From: Octopus sinensis
Lineage: Eukaryota
Direction: 5' to 3'
Length of the DNA stretch: 64,000 nucleotides
Assembly (NCBI RefSeq): GCF_006345805.1
Contig: NC_043005.1
Location: 51,584,001-51,648,000 of the forward strand
Positions 52,016 to 64,000 of the stretch are shown piece after piece; the stretch's first letter is position 1, and every line of letters begins with the position of its first letter. The position numbers and the translations under genes were made by a program. The notes beneath the pieces are model-generated. The model worked only from the letters and a program-made list of their open reading frames with translations, searched no databases and was not told where the DNA came from.

Positions 52016-52121
52016 ATTGGTCTACTTAGTGTCAGTGTGAGGAGACAACGTCATTTACTCTCGTTTTCAGCCTATTTTCCTTATTTATGTCACGTGTGGG
52101 TTAGTGACGTCACCTACCAAT
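52016..52121. promoter_or_regulatory. Candidate promoter motif cluster (CCAAT x2, GTCACGTG E-box, full CRE)
   Basis: ATTGG 52016-20, ACGTCA ~52048, GTCACGTG 52089-96, GTGACGTCAC 52104-13, CCAAT ~52117, all in non-repeat sequence. No transcript evidence. Confidence 0.35.
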
Positions 52122-52904
52122 ACCGAAGAATTGCAAAGTAGTGATGTTTTTTTTTCCGCTGCTGGCGAAAAGTAGTGACCGTATTACTTTCGGGCGTAAG
52201 AATGAAAATAGAATTAAAAGAAAAAAATTGAAGGGATAGAGGAGTGATGTCGTAAAAGTCGGGGCTGTACAATACGAAGGGTGGGGAAGAATTACAATAT
52301 AATTAATTAAAGTCAGGAACAAGACTACTCAGGGCAACAAAGTTGAGAGCAATGAAAAAAAAAAAAAAAAGAAAAAGCAAGGGATGAGGAGGGGAGAGAG
52401 GAGGCGGGGTATGTGTTGACAAGAATTTTGAGATTAATAAAACTTTAAAAAAAAATTTGAGGGAGGGAGAAAAGTAAATAGAAAATTTAAAGAATTGGTA
52501 GACTCGAGGCAATAAAAATGTACATAGAAAATAAATGGAAAATGACAAGAGGAGTGGCCAGACGTATTAAGGTGTCACACAAAGGTATATATTATTTAAA
52601 AAAAAAGAACGAAATAAATAAAAAAAATAAAGCCAAAAAACATTATATTTTTATACATATAACCGGATTTTCATTTAAGTTCTTCAAATTGCTAAAATTT
52701 GCCCGAGTTTTTGGTAAAGTGTAGAATTAATTACACCTGAAATTAGAATTTCCGTATAGGCGGAATTCCGTAACCAGGGTTTCCGTAACGCAAAGGATGT
52801 TTATTACTAAATTAAATAACATTTTACAAAGCCAAGCTTTGCAATGAAATGTGCCGCCGCTACGTTATTTTTTCAGACGAGGGAAAGCAACTCTATAGAA
52901 GAAA

Positions 52905-53220
<316 letters not shown>

Positions 53221-54459
53221 AAATGAAGTTGTACATTACATTAATTTTAAATATTACATTAAGCATGAAAATGGTTTATGAGTTGTAATTCATATTGGTA
53301 ACAATTTATTCTCCCACCTCATATTATCGCCATAAATTAAGATTATGAATTCATAACCGTTTAATATAACTGTAATATGTATCTCATCTTGTTTTACTTA
53401 AGTGTCACTTTAAGCTCGCCTTAAAAGAATATATCGCACGCATCATTTTTTTAATATCGCCAGCGTTTATTTAATCTAATTTCTTATATACCTCCTAGTT
53501 ATAATAACACTCTCTGTTCTTCTGTTGGTAATTATACCCCTTGGCCCATCAGAATCAAATCTACCCATTTAATCTAATATTTTGGAATCTTTATTGTCTT
53601 TTTATTGTCACATATATTTGGCCACGTCTTCATCTATTAATGTACTTATTTATGTATTTTCATCATTAATATCTATCCCCTATATTTACTACCTTATGTC
53701 GTATAAACCGTTCCTACGTATTTTATTATATTATTTTATTTTACTCTCGTTTATTTTCCCCAAGGATTGCCTTTTAATAATATAAATTATTTATTCCTTC
53801 AAGGGATACTATTATACTATCTTTTCCCAGTTTCAGCATTTGCTCACATAATTAAAGAATCCCTCTCCACATTTGTTTATTGAATGAATATTCCTCGTTC
53901 TCTCTTATTATTTGAATAACTTCTTAGGATTATTCGCCGAAAGCTACAATAATTTTACTATCCTATTTTATTTTTTTCTTCTGAATACTTCACTTTGATT
54001 TTCTGTGTTCAAATTTAGGGTCCATACTAACCATCATTCTTCCTTAGATATTTTTCTTACTCCTTATTTAAGTAAGTAAGTTTCTAACACATTCTTCGGC
54101 AACTTTGGTTTTAAACACCGAACAACTTTTAATATTATTTTTTGAGTATTTTCACACAATTTATTCAGTAATTTCCTCAATTATTTCTTCGTTAATTCTT
54201 TCAAATGAAACAAATGTGTTTTTTGCAAAGTTTTGTAAAGGATTCACACACGCACGCACGCACACACACACACACACACACATATATATGTAAATACTTA
54301 TATTTATATGAGTGTGTATGTGTGTGTGCATAGACACGCACATAGGCACAGGCATGGAAGTGAGGTTAAACAACTCGCTTTGCAGCCAAGTAGATTCAGC
54401 TTCAATCTCACACCCTGGGTAAGCGTCTTCTGCTATAGCTCTGGACCAACCACTGCCTC

Positions 54460-54546
<87 letters not shown>

Positions 54547-54820
54547 CGTCTGTCTTTCTGTCTGTCTGTTTGTGTGTGTATATATCTATATGTGTGTTTG
54601 CGCCTGCATTTTTCACCCACTACCGCTTGGCAACCGGTGTTGGTGTGTTTACGTCCCCGTAACTTAGTGGTGTTAGATAGAATAAGTTCCCCCCCCCCAA
54701 TTAAAGTATTGGAGCCAATTCACTCGACAAAAATTCTTCAAGGCAGTGTTCTCAACATGGCTGCAGTCTAATGACTGAAACAAGTAAATGATAAAAAAAT
54801 CTCCCCCCCCCCTCTCTGTA

Positions 54821-54869
<49 letters not shown>

Positions 54870-55075
54870 CAGATCTGTAGATCTTGGCCTTGATAGATCG
54901 CTAGCCATTACACATTCATAATTTTGTCTCCTTGTTTCTTTCTGTGTTCCTTTCTGTGGAAGAACGTAGGCTCGAAACGTTAAAGACTTTTTCACTTCTC
55001 GAGCGTTATACTAATACATCTGTTTGTTGTGTACACCACCTGTCTTCATCTTTTGTTTTTTTTGTTTATTCTCCC
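54870..55075 (+). mobile_element. TA-flanked element with a variant hammerhead-like motif
   Basis: 54950-54985 reads CTTT CTGTGGA A GAAC GTAG GCTC GAAA C GTT AAAG. Same layout as 36494, and the downstream ...CGAGCGT is shared. Confidence 0.55.
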
Positions 55076-55121
55076 TATATATATATATACATACACACAC
55101 ATATATACACACATATATACA

Positions 55122-55178
<57 letters not shown>

Positions 55179-55614
55179 ATACATATACACATAGATGAAT
55201 AAATATACACACATACATATACATATACATATACGCAGGCACTTACACACGCATATGTTGTTTTCGTATTCGTGCCTCAAAACAAATGCTGGTGATTACA
55301 CAAACACACGTACCCGTTACATTACACGTCATTTCTTAATTATTATTGTTCGATTAGTTGTCTAATTAACCAATTAGGTGATCAATTGCTTGACCAATCG
55401 TTTGATTAATCAATCATTTGGTTTATTAGAGTCCTTCCAGCACCAATTGAGATCTCATCAATGTCGCGGCTTCGTTTGCTCCATGGCTGTCAAAGTCATA
55501 AACTCTGAGAAAACCAAAGCATTGCTTGACCAAGCGATAGGTCAAGCAACCGATTAGTTAATGTGTTAATTAGGGAATTACTTCCGTAAAAAAATGATGA
55601 TGATGGAAATAATG

Positions 55615-55653
<39 letters not shown>

Positions 55654-56929
55654 GTGATGATGATAGGGCAGCTTGGGGGAGGGATTAAGTCGATTACATC
55701 GCCTCCAGTGTTTCACGGGTACTTGATTTATCGACTCCCCCCAAAAGGATAACAGGCAAAGTCGACCTCGGCAGAATTTGAATTCAGAATGTAGCGGGCT
55801 AGCGATTCTGGCAGCTCGCAACCTTATTGACGACGACGACAACAACAACAACAACAACAACAACAACAGTCATTTCTACGATAGGGACAAGAGCTGAAAT
55901 TTGGGGGGAGGGGACAAGTCGATTGCATTTACCCCAGTGCGTAACTGATACTTAATTTTTCGATCCCGAAGGTATGTATTCATAGTTGACCTCGGCGGAA
56001 TTTGAACTCAGGACGTGAAAATGAAAGAAATGTCGCTAAGCAAATTTCCCCGGCGTGCTAACGATTCTATCAGCTTGCCGTTCTGACAACAACAACAACA
56101 ACAACAACCAGGATTTCTTTTAATAATAACAGAAACGAAATATAACTAGTGTGCATGCGAAAACACCTAAAAGCTCCACGAGGCTCCGGCAGGGGGTGGT
56201 GATCCCTGCTGTACTCTTTCACCACTCTTTCTTCTGTTGGCCTGCTCGCTTAGCCAGCGGGGTGGCGTCATTCAAAGGCTAAAACAATGTGAACGCATTG
56301 TGACAAGCGATGTGTAACTACATCTGATGTGATCACGTGATCACATACATACATACACACGACATGCATACGTGCATACACTTACACGCACATACACTTA
56401 CACACACACACACACATATAAAGAAAGAAGAAAATGGAGAAATATCGATGAAGAACAATTGGGTTACATCAATTATTATTTACTATTTATTGATGCAAGT
56501 CAGTTGTTGTTCATCGCTATTTCTTAATTTTCTGCCTTCTTTAATTTTGATTCTTGATAAACTTATGTTTATCCTCGCCATTACCCATAACTTATGAACA
56601 TAATAAGCTTGCATATGTATGCCCATGGTTAAAAATAGCTAATATACCGGTAGTGTAATGGATACTTCTATCCCTTGACGGTTACTTTAATATCTAACTC
56701 AGTTAAACTTATATATATATAGTATTACATACGTATAAGAGGGATTACCACCTATGTGGACACCCTAATGCTAGAAGTAGATCCGTTATGGTCTTACCGC
56801 TAAGAAATGTTCTCTAGAAAATTTAGCAAACACCACATATATGATTTACTGTATACTGTATTAAGATAATAGATCCATAATAGAGTAAAAATTGGTAGAA
56901 CTTTTAGTTTCCCAACTCAACCGAGTTAT

Positions 56930-56974
56930 TATGCTAAACACACACGCATACATCCACACGCACACACATCCAAA

Positions 56975-57010
<36 letters not shown>

Positions 57011-57709
57011 ACACACACACACACACCACATATATATATACAGAAACACACACACACAAAGTCATACGCATATACTCATACAAAATGTATATATTCATGT
57101 TTGCATGCATACATATATACATACACACATATGCACACATATATACATGTATACACACATGCATACATGTATACAGACATATAACTATATACATACACAT
57201 ATAATTATATACCAACCTACATATATACATTCCTACATACACACATATATACACACTCATACATACGTGTATGCATACATGCATACATACATACATAAAT
57301 ACATACATACATAAATACATACATACACACGTACACATATATACATAAATACGTACACATATACATGCATGCTTACATATAAACATACATACACACTCAT
57401 GCCATACATGCATGCATACATACACATACATACACACACATGCATACACGCATACATGCATACATGCATACATATATAAATACATACATAATACATACAT
57501 ATATGCATGCATACATATAAATATACATACACACATACATACAAACACACACATACATGCATACATACATACACATGCATACATGCATACACATGCATAC
57601 ACATACATGCATACACACGCGTACATTCATACAATCATACATACATACGTACATACATGCATACATACATACATACATACATACAAACACACATACATAC
57701 ATACATGCA

Positions 57710-57741
<32 letters not shown>

Positions 57742-57932
57742 CATACATACATACATACATACATACAAACACACATACATACATACATGCATACATACAT
57801 ACATACATACATACATACATACATACATGCATACATACATACATACATACAGACATACATACATAAATACAAACATACATACATACATACATACATACAT
57901 ACATACATACATACATACATACATACATACAT

Positions 57933-57963
<31 letters not shown>

Positions 57964-57975
57964 TACATATACCTA
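56930..57975. repeat. (CA)n/(TACA)n/(TGCA) microsatellite complex
   Basis: Directly visible. Confidence 0.95.
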
Positions 57976-58329
57976 CGTATATTCAATCATTGTGTAATTA
58001 ACGTATTTCTAACGCGTTTCTGTGTCTTGTGTAACCGTCTTCACCTTTATCCTCAAGTTTATATAACTTTTTTTTTTCCTTGGTTTGGCCACCCACCAAA
58101 CATTGTGCAACACCTTTGTATACGTTGTTATTATTTGTATGTGTGAATAGGAGACCTGGTGGCAAAGAAAACAAAAATGAAAGAACTGTCTTCTTTTTTA
58201 TTTTTTTTTGCCTTTTTTTATTTTTTTATTTTTCATTTTATTTTATTTTATTTTCTGTATATCTTCATCATAGCTGCGTGTTGGAAGCAAACACGCGTTT
58301 CATTTCATCTTCTCACCACGCCATCAGCA

Positions 58330-59010
58330 TTGGGGAAAAAAAAAAACACCACGACCACGACTATTATCACCGCTACTACTGTCGTATCAACAATACCACT
58401 ACCACCAGCACCACCACCAGCACCACCACCACCATTACCACAACCACTACCACCACCACAACCATCATCATCGTTCAACATCACCACCACCACCACTACC
58501 ACCACCACCACCACCAACCACCACCACCACCACCATCATCATCATTCAACATCACCATCTCCACCACCACCACTACCACCACCACCACCGCTGCCGCCTC
58601 CAACGCCTCCACCTAAGCCGTCTTCACCACCTCCATTGCTGCCTCCGTCGCTGCCGCTACCACCACCACCACCACCCCACCACCACCACCACTACAACCA
58701 CCACCACCACCAACAACAACACAACAACTACAACACCACAAACAACTACCATCACCACATATCACCACAACCACCAACAACACCACCTCCACCACAACCA
58801 CCACCACTATTACGGTCACCACTCCCAGCACCCGTCCTAGAACCACTCCTACCATCACAACGACGACGACGACCACCACCACTACTACAGCCACAGCCAC
58901 TACGACCACCACCACCACTACTACAGCCACAGCCACTACGACCACCACCAGTAAGACAAGCACCAAAGATAGTCAACCTCCCAATACGTCCACACATAAC
59001 ACTACATCAT
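58330..59010. repeat. (CAC/CAA/CTA)n low-complexity tract
   Basis: Directly visible; source of the Pro/Thr-rich ORFs. Confidence 0.9.
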
Positions 59011-59748
59011 TATCAATTCTGATGATTGCCAGATATTAGTTGGAATAGAAGAAAATAACCAAAAGAATTAGAAAGAGTGCAAGATAAACAGATACATTGA
59101 CACATTGATATACTGATATATTAGGTAGAAAGACAGACAAACCGATTGACAGACAGATAGATGGATAGATAGATAGATAGATAGATAGGCTGGTTGAGAG
59201 ATAGTTTGACGGATTGTTAAATAGCTGGACACAAGGACATATGGAAAGTTTGGCTGTCAGATTGATAGATGACCATGTATATATTATAATATATATATAT
59301 ATACAAATTCATATATATATATATATATATAATATCTATATAATATATATATATATAATATATATAATATATGTATTTATGTATGTATGTATGTATATAT
59401 GTATATATCTATATATGTATGCATGTAAGTATATATGTTGTTGTGTGTGTGTATATATATGTATACATACATATACATTTATTTATTAAAATAATTAAAT
59501 ATATATATATATATATTATTACATTATATATATATTATATATTATATATTATATATAATGCATAATTATATATATGTGTGTGTATCATATATATGCAAAT
59601 ATAACATATATGTAATATATGTATATGTATGCTATATATATATATATATATATATAACTGCTACTATATGTGTATGTATATACAATAGTATATATGCATA
59701 TTTATTTCACTATATACACATACACATATACTTATCTCTCTGTTTCTC

Positions 59749-59808
<60 letters not shown>

Positions 59809-59818
59809 TATATATATA

Positions 59819-59918
59819 NNNNNNNNNNNNNNNNNNNNNNNNNNNNNNNNNNNNNNNNNNNNNNNNNNNNNNNNNNNNNNNNNNNNNNNNNNNNNNNNNN
59901 NNNNNNNNNNNNNNNNNN
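59819..59918. other. Assembly gap (100 N) within (TA)n
   Basis: Run of 100 N. Confidence 0.99.
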
Positions 59919-59959
<41 letters not shown>

Positions 59960-60029
59960 CATGCATAAATATGTAGTCTGTATATATTTGTGTGTGAGAG
60001 TGTATATGTATATACATACATACATACAT

Positions 60030-60085
<56 letters not shown>

Positions 60086-60318
60086 CTATATCTATCTATC
60101 TATATATATATGCATACATACACATACATATGTATTTCTATACATTAACAGATATGCACACACTTATGAATATGAAAATACATACATACGTATATGCATA
60201 CATTTACATATACGCTTATATGTATTTATGTAAGTATATATTTACATGTTTATTTATCTGTGTATACATACACACTGACATACGCTTACAAATATACATA
60301 AATACGTACATGCCTACG

Positions 60319-60442
<124 letters not shown>

Positions 60443-62408
60443 ATATATATACATGTGTGTGTATTTATGTGAGTGATTGTGTTTACATGAGACCATAGGT
60501 GTGGATTGGTGATATAACGTGTTTGGATAGAAGTGAAGAGTTGAGGAAATTGACCCAGGTACTTCAGGGTTACTTCCTTTTATTAATTTATTTAAACCTA
60601 TCGACTTGGGTGGATTTGGATTCAAACCTGAAATGCTCCGGTTCTGTACCAGTTTTGTAAACCAGCCAATATTAATATTTCTTCAACCATGAATAATGAT
60701 GATGATGATGATGATGACGACGACGACGACGACGATAATCCTTTCTACTATGGCAGAGGGCCTGAAATTTTGGAGGGAGGACTAGTGGATTATATCGTGC
60801 CCAGCACTTGATTGGTACTTATTTTATCGACCTGGAAGGGATGAAAGGCATAGTCGACCTCTTGGCCTGATGCAATACCAGACGGTGGCTCATGGCTTCT
60901 GATCTTAACTGATTGGAAGTGTTATCATGAATATTCGGCAAATACCACAGATTTGCTTGACATTTGCATGACCTTAACCAGCTGAGCATGTCCCTTGATA
61001 GCTGACGATCTGTGCATCTCTGATTACGAGCAAAAGTAGTGGGAAAGCAAAGTAGTCATATTCTGAGATGAATTATTTGGTGTTTGAGTAATTAACTTCT
61101 GGCAACATGGGTATTTCGTTCAGGGAGCTCCTTTTGAGCGGGTTGGGCGACTCGAGCTAAAGAAAATTCTAACTGGGCCCCCACCTGCGTGGTCATGCAC
61201 CATTTATCTTGATATGAGATCACCATGCCTCGCGCATTTGGTGGTAATGCATGTGCCTGATAAGCTTTATTAGACGGGTAGTTCTGATAGGTAGATTGGG
61301 CTTTGTATATTTGTACCCTAGTGCCACCTTAATGGCATGCGCTGCTCTCTCACTTTGACTGGTGCAGTCAAAGACACGTTAGCATTTGCTGGGGGTGAAG
61401 GAAGGACGTGTTAAGAATGGCCATACCTGCTCGAGTTGTCTTTCTGTAATGTGCTTATAAGCCTCTGTTGATCATTGGAGTTTTACAGTTCTTTATATGT
61501 CTAAACAACTCTTCCGAAAAAAACAAAAAACAAAAAAAAACGGTAGAAGTTTGCAAACTGGTCTGCTATCACATTACTGTGAACCCTTATGATGTTTTCC
61601 GGTGGGTGTGGTCACTCCCTCACCTTTTGTTGAGGTTTGTTTTTTTTTGCTTTGATTTGAGATCTTACATCTTCTTTTACTTATATATTTTTAGCAATGG
61701 TTTGTTTTTCTCTTTTGATTTTCTTGCGTCTCCTCCGGCTCATCGCGAAACGGTGGAGCGGTGCTGCTGGTAACTTTGACTTTCGGGGCCAGACATAAGA
61801 GGACCTCTGCCATCTTCAGTGAAAGTGTTGTTAGTACCTTTTATCTTTTGTCTTTTTTACTTGTTTCAATCATTCGACTGTGGCCATGCTGGAGTACCGT
61901 TTTGAAGAAGTTTTAGCCAAACGAATCGACACCAGTATTTAGTTCTTTTATAAAACCTGGTACTTATTCTATCGGACCTTTGTGCCAAACTGCTAAGTTA
62001 CGATGATGTAAACACACCAACAGCGGTTGTCAAGCGGTGATGGGGGACAAACACAGACACAAAGACACACACATATACGACGAGCTTCTTTCAGTTTCCA
62101 CCAACCAAATCCACTCACAATACTTTGATCAGCCCGAGGCTATAATAGAACACACTTGGTGAAGGTACCGCGTAGTTGGACTGAACTCGGGATCATGTGC
62201 TTGAGAAGCAGACTTCTTACCATGAAGCCACGCCAGCGCCTATGTATGTGAATAGGTGGCAATATTTTCACGTGACTAATGCAGTGAGCTAGTAGAATCG
62301 TTAGCACTCCGGGCGAAATGCTTAGCGGCATTTGGTCCGTCTTCAGGTTCTGAGTTCAAATTCCACCGTGGCCGACTTTGCCTTTCATATATATATATAT
62401 ATATATAT

Positions 62409-63131
62409 ATTTAAATAATGAAGGAGATAAATTAATATTAATTTTAATATCAATTTAAAACCAGTAGTCTAGCATACAAAAATCTGAGAAGTCAGAGAAA
62501 ATTCTAATATATGTGTATATTGGCAGGGCAAGACTGCTAGGTAGTCGGCCGTATGCTAGAAATAGATCATCAACGATCAAACTACAAAGAAAATTCTCTA
62601 GAGGAAAAATTCAGCGAACACCAGAACCAAATTTGGCGGGCAGGACATGAAAATTTATATAAAAAACAGAATTAAATGCATACCTCGGTTTCGGTCTTTA
62701 CCAACAGAATTACTTACATAATTCAAATGTCCGTGGCTTCATCAGTGCAATCGTTCAGTGTAAATGCAATCCGAAAAACTAACCCCAGCTTTCTGTGCCA
62801 AGACAGACACGTGCTTAGTTTTACCGATTACATTAGGGATAACATTTCAAATGTCTTGGTTCCGGCGCGCTAAGAAATTCCTGAAGCAAAGAACTGCAGT
62901 AAATAATTCACTGCGGTTAGTGCTTGCTACTAGAGAACGTATTTATTTCAATATTTAAATAATGAGGGAGATAAATTAATATTAATTTTAATATAAATTC
63001 AAAACCAGTAGTCTAGCATACAAAAAATCTGATAAGTCAGAGAAAATTCTAATATATGTGTATATTGGCAGGGCAAGACTGCTAGGTAGTCGGCCGTATG
63101 CTAGAAATAGATCATCAACGATCAAACTACA
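62409..63131. mobile_element. Element with 178-bp direct terminal repeats around a 366-bp core, flanked by (TA)n
   Basis: 62409-62586 and 62953-63131 are near-identical; the repeat is related to the 24672 unit. Confidence 0.75.
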
Positions 63132-63415
63132 TATATATATATATATATATATGTATGTATATTTCTATAGATATATATATATATGTACAGACATGTACAA
63201 ATATATATTATTTATAATATACATATATATATATACATATATACACATATAGATGTGTATATGTATACGCTTATATACAGGGGTGTATATATATATATAT
63301 ATATTATAAATTATATATGTATATTATAAATAATATATATTTGTACATGTCTGTATATATACATATATAGAAATACACATGCATATATATATACACATAC
63401 ATACATAGATACATG

Positions 63416-63447
<32 letters not shown>

Positions 63448-64000
63448 TACAAGTAAAAATGAAAACACAAATCATATTTTCTTTTGTCATGCCTAGTAAG
63501 GGAAGGTAACAAACTTCAGGATGAAAATTGAAGTTGATCTCGGCGGAATTTGAATGCAAGGTATGCGTGTGTATGGAATATTCAACTACTTGAGCGATAC
63601 GAAATATCGCAACGAAACGAAATAAATAGGAAAACCTTAGTCAACAGCCCTTTTATCCAATGCAGAATTTCTCCACACCAGTAGAACTATAATTATTTCT
63701 TTCTTCAACAAGCTCAAGACCTGGAATTTTGGGGGTAGGAGTTAATCGATTACATCGACCCTAGGGTTCAACTTGTATTTATTTTAATGATTCCCGAAAA
63801 GATTGAAAGCCTGAATCGATCTCAGCGGCATTTAATCTCAGAACTTAAAACCGGAAGAATTGTCGCTAAGTGTTTTGTCCGGCGGACTAACGATTCTGCC
63901 AGTTCGCTGCCCTTAGACGTGTAATAGGGATATAATACATACAATATAGCGCAATATTAAGATAAACACACCAGTAAAATGCAGTATTCACAAATAAAAA

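Noticed and set aside
56327-56346. 20-bp perfect palindrome containing CACGTG
   Set aside because: Explained by the GTGATCAC(GTGA) tail of SINE family C (compare ~5570-5585).
58080-59022. Pro/Thr-rich ORFs
   Set aside because: Low-complexity trinucleotide tract, open in overlapping frames, no domain.

Overview
AT-rich, repeat-dense animal genomic DNA. The SINE families and microsatellite load suggest Octopus, which is an inference. The only host gene I can support is the 3' half of nuclear SDHA (succinate dehydrogenase flavoprotein subunit) on the + strand: 8 coding exons between 237 and 15092 that splice in frame and end ...KPAIRSY-stop. One SDHA intron is GC-AG. The exon before that intron begins with GTGAGT, so splicing it regenerates the upstream donor (a recursive-splice-site configuration). 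The same GC-AG intron holds a ~150-bp-arm near-perfect palindrome. The remaining ~47 kb has no recognisable host exons. It contains tRNA-headed SINEs, a nearly intact DD34D mariner (one frameshift), Tigger/pogo, Helitron, hAT, mariner-MITE and LINE remnants, several short TA-flanked elements with minimal hammerhead-ribozyme motifs (Penelope-like), AT-rich fold-back elements with a covarying stem, a 12-unit TTCCAGGAA repeat/spacer array, a CRE/E-box/CCAAT cluster, very long CAT/CAC and TA/CA microsatellites, and one 100-N gap. Most ORFs in the supplied track are microsatellite or SINE artefacts. SINE and LINE boundaries are approximate; exon, TIR and TSD coordinates were counted by hand.
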